From Octopus vulgaris (taxonomy: Eukaryota): a DNA stretch of 64,000 nucleotides. The stretch spans positions 33,914,001-33,978,000 of the forward strand of contig OX597814.1 in the NCBI GenBank assembly GCA_951406725.2, written 5' to 3'. The notes below the pieces were generated by a model. That model searched no databases, had not been told where the DNA came from, and worked only from the letters and a program-made list of their open reading frames with translations. Below are positions 12,143-24,088 of this stretch, piece by piece. The first letter of the stretch is position 1. Each line of letters starts with the position of its first letter. Both the position numbers and the translations under genes were made by a program.

Positions 12143-13972
12143 TTTGAGCACATGCTTCAACTTGGCCTTATACGCCCCTCCACCAGCCCATGGGCGTCTC
12201 CCCTTCATTTGGCGCGAAAGGGCGAGTCTGATTTTCGCCTGGTTGGAGACTATCGACGCCTCAATGCCGTAACAATAGCCGACAGATATCCAATCAGAAA
12301 TCTACAGGACTTTACGGCAAATCTCCATGGTTGTCCCATTTTTTCGAAGGTCGACCTTATACACGCGTACCATCAAATACCGGTCAACCCAGCCGACATT
12401 CCGAAAACTGCGATCACTACCCCTTTTGGGTGTTTTGAGTTTTTGTATATGAGTTTCGGTTTGCGGAATGCTACTAGCACTTTCCAGCGTTTCATTGATG
12501 AGGTTGTCCGCAGTCTTGATTTTGTGTTTCCCTATGTCGACAATATACTCATTGCGAGCGACACGTTTCAAACTGGATTTCCCGTTTCGGAGTCCCGTCC
12601 CGGGTGACTACTGATCGTGGACGTCAGTTTGAAGCTTCGCTATTTCGCGAATTGGCGCGCATTTTAGGTGTGCATCATATCCACACTACCAGCTATCACC
12701 CAGCGTCTAATGGATTAGTTGAACGGTTCCATAGACAGCTCAAGGCCGCTCTTTGTGCCTCTTCAGACCCACAGTCCTGGATTGAATTTCTGCCAATTGT
12801 GCTTCTCGGTTGTCGGACTGCTGTCAAGGCAGACCTGGGGTTTTCTTCTGCAGAGCTGCTGTATGGTACCACACTGGCATTGCCTGGTACAATGTTGGTG
12901 CCAGACACTTCCCAGCCCCATGATCCGGCGACCTATGTCACCAGACTGCGTGCATATTTCTCGAATCTTCCACCCATGGTTCCCAGGAAGCAATCTCCAC
13001 CATCCCATCTCCCACCGGATATGGACACTTGGTCGCATGTTTTTGTTCGCGACGACTCTGTCAAGGGACCACTTGTTTCTCCCTATAAAGGACCTTTCCG
13101 TGTGCTTTCTCGCACACCTAAGGTTTTCACTATTGAAATAAATGGTCATTCGGAGACCGTTTCCGTGGACCGATTTAAAGAAAGCATACTTTGAGACGTC
13201 TTCATCTTTTGATGACAACCTTGCCACACCCACCTATGCACCTTTAACAACACCTTCACCTGCACAAACACCTTCACCTGCACAGACACCTTTGCCTTCA
13301 CCGGCTCCTACAACACCACCTTCGCCATCAACGGGTGCCCCGAGCACACCGTATGTTACAAGATCGGGCAGAACAGTGCATTGGCCCAAGAAACTTTCAA
13401 AGACAATCTATATTTAACTTTCTTTCAAATTTCTTGTTTTTTGTATGATATTATGTACCAAATCTTCTGGGGGATCGGCAAGCCATCTGTTTTTCTGCAG
13501 CACCACTACAAATTTTCTTGTTTTCGTACTTCCGCACTCGAGGGGGAGCCATGTAGTGATGCTACTGTGTAAGGTTCAGCACGCATGTGCAGAATGGGAC
13601 TACTTCCAGGTGGCCACCGAAAGTCTTCCCCATGCGCATGTGCGGGAAACTGACCCCCTAAGGCACACTCACTCATTCATCCTCTCTGGCCGTTTCAGCC
13701 ATCGTTAACAGACGTGCATTTTGGTAGTCTCTGATAACTACACCGACTTAGCCGTGGACGACATTGAACCACTTCAACCAACGAACAAGAAGCTGTACAA
13801 CAGATTCGGCTGTCGTTTTCCCTTCAGAGATACGTACACCATCACGATTAATAAACAAACTGCTGTCTTTCACCGATAACCTGACTTCGTCTGTTATATC
13901 TAACTAAATTGTATGTGACGGGATCGGATCGACACCCCTTCAGTGATACCGATTCCAGATCCTGTTACAACA
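12143..13972 (+). mobile_element. Ty3/Gypsy LTR retrotransposon, 5'-truncated and internally deleted
   Basis: RT piece (SPWASPLH, DYRRLN, KTAITTPFG, YVDN in place of YVDD) joined at about 12570 to integrase ([27 protein letters not shown]); PPT GAGGGGGAG at 13540-13548. Confidence 0.95.
13552..13972 (+). repeat. 3' LTR of the Gypsy element
   Basis: Starts TGTAGTG just after the PPT, ends TTACAACA, AATAAA at 13850-13855. Confidence 0.8.
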
Positions 13973-14351
13973 CCATACTCACTAAATACCAACCCTAACT
14001 GTAACCCTAAAGCATAAATTTGAGCAAGACTTGCCCCCCCCCCCCCGTTTAAAAAAAAAATTTTTTTCGACGCAAACACCTCTTTTTGGCTACGGAGAAT
14101 ACGAATCTGCAAAAAAATTGGCAAAAATCGGCATTTTAAAATTACCAGCCTCCACTCCCATTTCCTTCATTTTTTTTTACTTTTCTCAGAAATTTGTTTT
14201 TTCAAAATATGCGGAAAAATACGGAGATTATGATTCTGAAAAAAATTTCCAAAATTTTTTGTAAAATTTTTAAAGAATTTTCTTTTTCTTCTAAATATGC
14301 AGAAAAATACGGATATTATGATTCGGACAAAAATTTCAAAACATTTCTGTA

Positions 14352-14450
14352 GTTATGGTTATGGTTAGGGTTAAAGTTTTAGGGTTAGGGTTAAAGTTTT
14401 AGGGTTAGGGTTAGAGTTTTAGGGTTAGGGTTAAGGTTTTAGGGTTAATG
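14352..14450 (+). repeat. Telomere-like minisatellite, 20-bp unit AGGGTTAGGGTTAAAGTTTT, about 4.5 copies
   Basis: Units start at 14361, 14381, 14401, 14421 and 14441. Confidence 0.9.
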
Positions 14451-14944
14451 TTGGGGGAAAAGTCAAAGTTGAAGAAGTTTGTGGGAAAGTGGAGGGGAAT
14501 TTCACAATGTCAATTTTTGGCAATTTTCCTGAACCTCTATATCTGAAAACAGGGGTTTTGGGCAAAAAAAAAAAATTAAAAAATAAACAAATTTGGAAGA
14601 AAATTGGGTGCGGTCAGGCGGAAATCTTTCCTAAATTTGTTTAGGAAAGTTTACAGCAGGGCCAGCACTAAGCCCCTGCAACCCCTGCGATCATAGGGGG
14701 TCTCCGTGAAGAACTGGAATTACTATAATGTAAAACTTAAAATTAAGTTTTACACACATGTAATTTTCACAAAAACTCTTATTACATTGATATAAATCAT
14801 TTATTCATTTGGTCCTTTAGACAATATACACTGTAGGATAACTTTTAATTTATACAATAAGCTTTATAAATTTTAAAGTTCAATATTCCCGTGACATAAG
14901 TCACAGATATCGACAGGAGTTATTCAAATAATTGTTCGTGGAAT

Positions 14945-15275
14945 GGACCTAATAAAATTAGCTATTTAAATCTGATGTGACTATTTCTACTTGCATAGAA
15001 AATGTTATATCTTGATAAACTTCCAATACATATTTTGGATATTTTTGGAACAACTCACCTTATTAACACTTGATATTTCACATTTAAATCCAATGTATTT
15101 ATTCTTGGATATGGATTGAAAAATATTATATGCTGATAACTTACATTGCCTATTTTTAATATTCTTGTAGCAACTCGACTTATTAACATCGGATATTTCT
15201 ATTTTAAATCACATGTGAGTAATTATACTTCGATATAGATTTTAAAATATTTGTATGCTGATAATTATCATTACA
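14945..15275. repeat. Diverged ~120-bp tandem repeat, about 3 copies
   Basis: CAACTC..CTTATTAACA..GATATTTC at about 15051 and 15171; GCTGATAA at about 15132 and 15257. Confidence 0.6.
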
Positions 15276-15309
15276 TACTAGCTGGCAAAGGGAGGGGGTG
15301 ACGCTTCTC

Positions 15310-16058
15310 AATTATAGCCATCTTAGTTGCATGTAATGATTCTGCTGACTAAATCAATTGGGATCTCTTGCAGCTGTTGTCAGGACAAGAACAGTCTTTC
15401 AAATCTATCGATACTTTCATTGATCAGGACCAAGCTGTACTTTTTCCAACTGAGTTCCTGAACTTTCTATAGTCATCTGGGATGCCACCTCACAACTTAA
15501 CACTTAAAAAGAGGGCCCTACTCATGCTGCTCAGGAATCTGGAGCCACCTCTCCTGTGCAATGGCACCAGACTGGTGGTGGAGGGGATGCAACTCCATGT
15601 CCTAGAGGCAGCAATTATTATTGGGAAATATAAGGGTGAGGATGTCCTCATTCTACAGATCCTGTTAATCCCACCTGATCTCCCCTTTGAATTTAAACGG
15701 CTCTAGTTCCCAGTTTTGTTATGTTGATAAACAAATACCAAGGACAATCTCTCAATGTTGTTGAACTTAACCTAGCTTCTTGCTTCTCTCATGGGCAATT
15801 ATATGTAGGATGTTCACGATTTGGAAGTCCCCAAACTCTTTTTATTTGTACCCCATTTAAAGGACACACTGAAATCTTAGTATTTTTAAAAGTTCTACAA
15901 AATTAAACTGATTGATTTAATGATTTGTTTTAATAACTTTGTTTATACTCATGTCATCCGATAGAATTTTTCAGGAAATATATTTTTTATCAGAATAGAT
16001 ATATTTATTTCATTTAACACTCTTTAAACTTCCGAGCAACATTTGGTACTTATGCTAG
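15310..16058 (+). mobile_element. Helitron 3' fragment with PIF1-like helicase pseudogene
   Basis: SGMPPHNL, MLLRNL, LCNGTRL, INKYQGQSL and FSHGQLYVGCSR motifs with stops; ends CCGAGCAAC..GG..TGCTAG|T like the Helitrons at 41198 and 44914. Confidence 0.9.
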
Positions 16059-16959
16059 TATGCTATATATACACCTTTGACGTAAAAGTATCTCTGCAAA
16101 ATTTTATTCAAAAATAAAAATATATATTAAATTATACACGTGGCTGTCGTGAGAGGATTTAAAATTGCCTTATCTTAGATCTATGCATGCAAATATTTGT
16201 ATGTGAATCTGCTTTATACAGTATGTACAATTGTTTGTATTTATATTTCCCGTGTATTGTTTTCACAATGGAAAAAGAGCCAGTTTATGGTTTTAATCCA
16301 GAAATTGGAACCAATTCACAATTAACGTGAGGCCTTTTTAATATTCTTTCACTAGCCCGCTTTCAGCCGTGTGTATATTTATCTGGAGTTTTTAGTAATT
16401 TTTTGAAGGTCTCAGCACCTCAAACATGCTGGAGATAGATCCTTTTGCCCTTGCTCCCTTAATATAATTATATACATTTGTATATTATTATTAATTTAAT
16501 GTAAAAATATATATTATTAAGAAAGTTAGACATCAGCCAAAGTTATATCATATCCCAGTGTCTTAAAAATATGGACATATTGATTGTATATTCTAGTTGC
16601 ACAATGTGTAAGTAAAAGAAGGGATGATTGCTGTTGAAACTTCTTAAATCATAAGCTTGACCACAGTTGAATTGACACTAAACAATAACAACGAATATAT
16701 TTTCTGATGCAAAAATTGTTATCATATCAAAAGTTGTTTCCCTTTAATTTGTTCACCCACTCCTTCAAATTTTCTTTTTCTAATTTACACTGAAAGAAAA
16801 GATTGAAAAAAATATTAGCAGTATAAAAGATCAAAATTAGCAAAAACAAAAAGTAACAACCCAAAACAAATTCACCAAGGAAACAAAGGAAAAGAATGGT
16901 AGGGGATTAAGCAATAAAAGATGGGGTGGGGGAGGCAAATGGCATGTTCAGCTGTGCCT

Positions 16960-17420
16960 TGCTGACATAATTATAAAAACATTGCTACAGAGAATGGCCT
17001 CTGACACTCACTGCAACAGCCATCCCACTTTGCGGGTGCTCATTTTTTAGGTAGGCCACTGGGATCTTTATCTTTTGACCACTGTTCTCCTGATTTTTCA
17101 GAGGATATCAGCAGTGCAAAGTCCATGAACACCTGAGGTCTCAATGGTAACCAGCATAAGTAGCTAGCAGCCAGTTAGGCTCATGTAATTAGGGATTCGC
17201 TTCTCTCTTGTGGGAACAGGGTTATTCTGTCAGAGCACTTACCATCCCTGCAGTCAAGACCTACTGGCTCCAGTTGTGATGGGAAGCCAGTCACATCAAG
17301 GCCTCTTCTGATTATATTGTTCAAAGTGGTGTGTCAGCATAACTGGCCTGCACTATTGATGCAGGGTAATGGATGCAAAGGAACAAAGACAGCAATTTTC
17401 AGAGAAAGTGGTTAGAGTTA
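16960..17420 (-). mobile_element. Decayed CRE/NeSL-like (restriction-like endonuclease) non-LTR retrotransposon fragment
   Basis: Minus strand reads TLNNIIRRGLDVTGFPSQLEPVGLDCRDGK, which resembles the region between the CCHC knuckle and the PD..D endonuclease of RLE LINEs. Confidence 0.55.
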
Positions 17421-17557
17421 ATAACATCGATGCTCAAACAGGTCAACTGATCCATTGATCCAAAGATAATGAATGCGGTTCTCTTGTTTATACAAGCCAA
17501 TCAAATGTTTTAAAAAAGAGTACAATAGATAACATTTATTTATTTTGGAATAGTTAT

Positions 17558-17825
17558 CATCATCATCATCATCGTTTAACGTCTGCTTTCCATGCTAGCA
17601 TGGGTTGGACGATTTTGACTGAGGGCTGGCAAACCAGATGGTTGTACCAGGCTTCAATCTTGATTTGGCAGAGTTTCTACAGCCGGATGCCCTTCCTAAT
17701 GCCAACCACTCCGAGAGTGTTGTGGGTGGTTTTTACGTGCCACCGGCATGGGGGCCAGTCAGGCCGTACTGGCAACGACCTTGCTCGAATCCTTTTACAC
17801 ATGCCACCAGCACAAGTACCAGGAA
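17558..17825 (-). mobile_element. RTE-type LINE 3' UTR fragment with (GAT)n tail
   Basis: Matches the 3' end of the element at 57971-60214. Confidence 0.85.
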
Positions 17826-18004
17826 TCAATATTATTTGTTTTTGTCATGATTGGAATCACATCTAACTAAATTATTTGTACATTGCTTTTGAAGATGCTT
17901 AGCATATTCCAGTGCCTCAACCTTGCTGTCATTCAAAATAGTACCACCATGAGTGTTTTGGGGTTGACTGAAAAACGTTTTCAAAGTGATACCATTATTC
18001 TCCA

Positions 18005-18350
18005 TTGTAGTGTGTGGCTAACGTACTAGCTTTGCAACCATTGGTTTCAGGTTCCTTCCTACTAGATGATACTTTGGGCAAATGCCTTTTACAGCTAAGG
18101 AAGGGTTGATCAATGCATGGTGAGTGAATTTGCTTGATGCAAACTGTGTGGAGAACTGTTTTGTGTGTGTGTGGTAGGGGGGTTGTATGTGTGAGTGTGT
18201 GTGCATGTGCGTGTGTGTCTGCTTCTCCACCACTTGACAACTGTTGTTGTTTGCTTCAGAAAAAGTGGCCAGCAGAATTTGTGAGCAGACATAAAATAAG
18301 GACAAGGAGTGATTTGATGGCTGCTGACCAGTGACTGAAAAAATAAAAAG
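18005..18350 (+). mobile_element. Old degenerate SINE family A-like copy
   Basis: Residual TTGGGCAAATG, GTGAGTGAATTTG and TGACTGAAA blocks in the expected order. Confidence 0.55.
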
Positions 18351-18863
18351 AACTGAAGGAACGAATTTACACTTTTGACTCGTTTTTATTGTTTTACCAT
18401 TACTACTGTTATTGCCTATTTACTCTTGTGAATTATTAACCAACACAACATAAAGATTATCTATAAGTGCATAAATAAATATTTAAAGGTGTTTTTATCA
18501 GTAAATCATCATCATCATCATCATTGGTAGGAACCTATTGACCCTGTAGCCCCTGATGGTAATTATTTGTTCTTAACATATTGTTTTCTTTCCTTTTTCT
18601 TCTGCCTTTTGTTTGTGTAGTATGCTCTTGTTTTTCACTCTGTGAAGATCCGTTGCCTTAATTCGAATGCCATATGAAGATAAAGAGCTTTATTCTCACA
18701 TTTATTTATAGACAGCAGTTTGGCAATCCAATCAGTAACGGCCATAAGATATGTTATGTCATCTATTTTATTATGTCAGGCTTTGTATTAAAAATAAGTT
18801 ATAAATGTGGTCTAATCGACGTGTTGGTTAATCTGTGGTTTTCTCCATTTTCTAATTATTTGC

Positions 18864-18926
<63 letters not shown>

Positions 18927-19335
18927 CATGGCTAACTGGCTTCTGTGCCGGTGGCATGTAAAAAGCACCATTCGAGTGTGATCGTTACCAGTGTCGCCTT
19001 ACTGGCACTTGTGCCGGTGGCATGTGAAAAAACATTTGAGTGAGGTCATTGCCAGTGCCGCTGGACTGGCTCCTGTGCAGGTGGCACGTAAAAAACACCA
19101 TTTGAGTGTGGCTGTTGCCAGTACTGCCTGACTGGCCCTCATGTCGGTGACACGTAAAAGCACCCACTACACTCTCGGAGTGGTTGGCATTAGGAAGGGC
19201 ATCTGGCTGTAGAAACTCTGCCAGATCAAGATTGGAGTCTGGTGCAGTCATCTGGTTTGCCAGTCCTCAGTCAAATCGTCCAACCCATGCTAGCATGGAA
19301 AGCGGACGTTAAACGATGATGATGATGATGATGAT
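18927..19335 (+). mobile_element. RTE-type LINE 3' UTR fragment
   Basis: GGCACGTAAAA repeats and CATGCTAGCATGGAAAGCGGACGTTAAAC(GAT)n end. Confidence 0.85.
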
Positions 19336-19338
19336 ATA

Positions 19339-19392
<54 letters not shown>

Positions 19393-19405
19393 ATTATATA
19401 GAAGG

Positions 19406-19456
19406 AGCTTCTACAGGACTAGAACTGTTTCATTCAAGAGAAATCTTCAGGAAGCT
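19406..19456 (-). ncRNA. Type I hammerhead ribozyme motif
   Basis: Minus strand: AGCUUC-CUGAAGA-uUUCucuuGAAu-GAAA-CAG..CUG-UA-GAAGCU; 6-bp stem I, GUA cleavage triplet, weak stem II with a U.U first pair. Confidence 0.75.
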
Positions 19457-19699
19457 AGTTAACAAGAATTGTATTGGCATTTATACATTTAGGCAGGTTT
19501 AAAGGGGTGTTGGTGGGGGACTTTTTGGGGGTAGGCATAGCGCAAAATATCATACTTGGGGGAGTGGTCAAGGAGTCAGTGTTAAATTAGATAGAAGAAT
19601 AAATAAAAAAATAAAAAAATAAAAAAAAATATATAAAAAATATATATATATATAAAAAAAAAGGGGAATAGAGTTTTAGGTAAATAAGGAGATTCTCAC

Positions 19700-20062
19700 T
19701 TATACCTATGCACATATGTATACATATATACACACACATACAAACATATATACATATACATACACACATACATACACACACACATATATACATATATATA
19801 CACTTACACATACATATACATATCTACACATACACATATATGTATACATACACACACTCACATGCATACACGTATACACACATGTATATATACACACACG
19901 ACCACACATACATATACACACAGAAAAATATATATACACATACACACACATACTCACATACACGCATACACACACATATCCACACACACACATGCACACA
20001 CAGCACACTAGTCCCTATATACACATATATACACATACACACATATATACACACACATACAT

Positions 20063-20093
<31 letters not shown>

Positions 20094-20540
20094 CATATGT
20101 GTACCTATGCATACCTACACATACACACATATATATACACATACAAGTACAGACCCATTCCCTAATTTTAATTTTATTATCTTCATTTATTACTTTTGTT
20201 ATCTTTGACCGCTGGTCACAAACATCTTGGCTATGACAGCCAGTCCATTTATCTGTCTACTGGAAAACAAGCACTCATTCACTCACGCACACTCTTTAGC
20301 ACGTACACTCACTCATACGTACACTCATACACATACACGCTCCCACGCGTTATATTCATACATACATACATCTACATACATTCACGTATATACACATACG
20401 TACGCGTACCTACAGATTCATGTCTACACTCTTAGAAGGCTAGTCTATACATATACACCAATAAATATAAATACACACACATACATATACACCTACATAC
20501 AAATACATACATGTATACATATACATACATATATATTCAC

Positions 20541-20587
<47 letters not shown>

Positions 20588-20826
20588 TACATATACATAT
20601 ACACATATATATACATATATGTATATACACACATACACATACATACATATACACACATACACATATATACGTATACATACATACATCCATACATCCATAC
20701 ATACATACATTTATACACATACACACACCCACACGTATACATATACATACATATATATACATATACGCGCATGCATACACATACAAATACATACACATAC
20801 GCATATACATATACATACATACACAT

Positions 20827-20897
<71 letters not shown>

Positions 20898-21544
20898 TAC
20901 ATACACACACATACATATACATACATACATATACAAATATACGCACACACATACATACATACTCATATACACATACACGCACATACACATGTACATGCGT
21001 ACCCATACACACACACACACACGCGCATCCATATATACACATAAGTACACACATGCGTAAAAGTATACATATATCTATGCTTACACATACACACACACAC
21101 ACGCGCCTCCTTATATTCATACTTACATGCATACTCAAAAAATAAGTAAATAGTAAAATATATATATACGCGCAGTTATTCATACATGCATACTCAAAAA
21201 ATAAATAATAAATAATAAATATTAAGTATATGTACATGCATTTACCTATTATATAGACGGATACATACATATAAACTTACACACATGTATATATATATAT
21301 ATATATACATACATATACATATATACACATATATATACATATACATACATATATATATATACACACACACACATACACATATATATATATACATACTTAC
21401 ACACATGTACAAATACATACACACATAGATAACTCTACGTACCTACATATACATAAACACACGAGCGTACACGTATATGTACATATACACATACACATAC
21501 ACACGCATATATATACATACATACATACACATACACACATATAT

Positions 21545-21609
<65 letters not shown>

Positions 21610-21844
21610 CACACACATATACATGTGTGCAAACATACATACATACTCATACACGCACACACACTTACATATACATATATACACACACTTACACACATAT
21701 ATACATACACATATACATACATACATACATATATGCATACATACACACACACATATATATATACATACATACACATACACATACCTATACATATATATAC
21801 ACACATACATACACATGCACATACTTATATCTCTACATACTCGC

Positions 21845-21891
<47 letters not shown>

Positions 21892-22140
21892 TACATATAC
21901 CTATATACATGTATATATACACACACATATATATACACATCTACAATTTGTATCTACACTCACATACATGCACATACACATAACTCTACATACCTACATA
22001 TACATCGACATACTCGCGTACACTCATATATATACACATATATACATATACACACACACATACATATACACATACATATATATATATATATATAAATATA
22101 TACATAATACACACACATACATATACACACACATACATAT

Positions 22141-22192
<52 letters not shown>

Positions 22193-22740
22193 TTACATAT
22201 ATATATATATATATATATATACATACATATACATACATACACATATACATACATGTACATATACATATATATACATATACATACACACACATACATATAT
22301 CAACAATTAAGGGTAAAGTTAATTAGTTATTAATCAATTTCACCAAGTATTCAGTATGTAAAAGGACCATTATTTTTTTGAGTAAACAATGTCTGAGGGA
22401 AAATATTCTCTAAGTAGTGGAAGAGGCTAAAAAACTTTTTTGGCTGCTATTTCTAGAAAGTTCAGTCTGTGGCAAAGTAATTTATTTTACTAAGCCCTAA
22501 TTATATAATATTTTATGCATACATACACATACATACACACATACATATACACATACATATGTATACACACATATATACATATATACATATATACACACAC
22601 ACACACACACGCATACATATATATATATATTTTTTTTTTTACATACATACACACACACACACACATAATACATGCGTATATTCCTACTATACCCATACAT
22701 TTCTATACATATATACGATACACATATACAAGCGTGCACA
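19700..22740. repeat. Compound (AT)/(AC)/(ATAC) microsatellite tract
   Basis: Direct reading; source of the IY/HT/CV low-complexity ORFs. Confidence 0.95.
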
Positions 22741-22828
22741 TACAATATGTGAAAGGTCTTAGGAGAAAAGGTAATCGGGGGTGCTAGGGGAACGGTGGGA
22801 TTGGGGGGGTTTTGTGGGTGGGGTGTCA

Positions 22829-23107
22829 TCAATCTGGTTGCCGGGTAGGTCTATAGTTCTTGTAGTTCGCATACTTCTTATGCATGCAATTTGGGGAGTG
22901 TTCTGAGATTTTGTTAAGGAGAGGGCCTTTGGCGAACAAGATCTCTAGGCTCTCCGATATGCAGAGGTCACAGCAGGTATGGCCTCCTGTGTACGAGCGC
23001 GCCTTCTGTAGTAGTTTCCACTTGGTCTTGAAGGGGATGGAGTTCCTTTTAAGGTACCAGATGTGGGCGGCGAGGGTAGTTTGGTTGGATTTATCCTGTC
23101 GCCGGCG
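22829..23107 (-). pseudogene. C-terminal part of a Penelope GIY-YIG endonuclease region (not in the ORF track)
   Basis: Hand translation: QDKSNQTTLAAHIWYLKRNSIPFKTKWKLLQKARSYTGGHTCCDLCISESLEILFAKGPLLNKISEHSPNCMHKKY..PD*, matching the HIWxLK..W..CxLC.E..LLNK..E..CxH pattern of PLE ORF ends. Confidence 0.8.
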
Positions 23108-23295
23108 TGAATGAGTGCTTGTTTTCCAGTAGACAGATAAATGGACTGGCTGTCATAGCCAAGATGTTTGTGACCAGCGGTCAAAGATAACAAAAGTAAT
23201 AAATGAAGATAATAAAATTAAAATTAGGGAATGGGTCTGTACTTGTATGTGTATATATATGTGTGTATGTGTAGGTATGCATAGGTACACATATG

Positions 23296-23326
<31 letters not shown>

Positions 23327-23930
23327 ATGTATGTGTGTGTATATATGTGTGTATGTGTATATATGTGTATATAGGGACTAGTGTGCTGTGTGTGCATGTG
23401 TGTGTGTGGGTATGTGTGTGTATGCGTGTATGTGAGTATGTGTGTGTATGTGTATATATATTTTTCTGTGTGTATATGTATGTGTGGTCGTGTGTGTATA
23501 TATACATGTGTGTATACGTGTATGCATGTGAGTGTGTGTATGTATACATATATGTGTATGTGTAGATATGTATATGTATGTGTAAGTGTATATATATGTA
23601 TATATGTGTGTGTGTATGTATGTGTGTATGTATATGTATATATGTTTGTATGTGTTTGTATATATGTATACATATGTGCATAGGTATAAGTGAGAATCTC
23701 CTTATTTACCTAAAACTCTATTCCCTTTTTTTTTTTTTATATATATATATTTTTATATATTTTTTTTATTTTTTTATTTTTTTATTTATTCTTCTATCTA
23801 ATTTAACACTGACTCCTTGACCACTCCCCCAAGTATGATATTTTGCGCTATGCCTACCCCCAAAAGTCCCCCACCAACACCCCTTTAAACCTGCCTAAAT
23901 GTATAAATGCCAATACAATTCTTGTTAACT

Positions 23931-23981
23931 AGCTTCCTGAAGATTTCTCTTGAATGAAACAGTTCTAGTCCTGTAGAAGCT
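23931..23981 (+). ncRNA. Type I hammerhead ribozyme motif (second arm)
   Basis: AGCTTC CTGAAGA(23937-43) TTTCTCTTGAAT GAAAC AGTTCTAGTC CTGTA GAAGCT. Confidence 0.75.
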
Positions 23982-24088
23982 CTTTCTATATAATAAATTA
24001 ATTTTACTCTGCTATGTATTGAGTACCTTATTTACTGTGGTTAACCCCGAATCAACCCGGGACCTACATATATAAATATATATATATA

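Larger units (their letters stand above)
19390..24070 (-). mobile_element. Penelope-like element, 5'-truncated, with ~890-bp inverted pseudo-LTRs
   Basis: 19390-20282 is the near-perfect reverse complement of 23107-23997; endonuclease C-terminal ORF remnant lies between them; hammerhead motif in each arm. Confidence 0.85.

Noticed and set aside
14657-14710. hAT-like terminus CAGGGCCAGCACTA
   Set aside because: No matching right TIR or TSD found.
18636-18750. TGAAGA..long stem resembling a hammerhead
   Set aside because: No GAAA-stem III-NUH at the required position.
19587-23820. IY/HT/CV-rich ORFs (also 57422-58069 and 60700-61284)
   Set aside because: Microsatellite translations with no coding signal.
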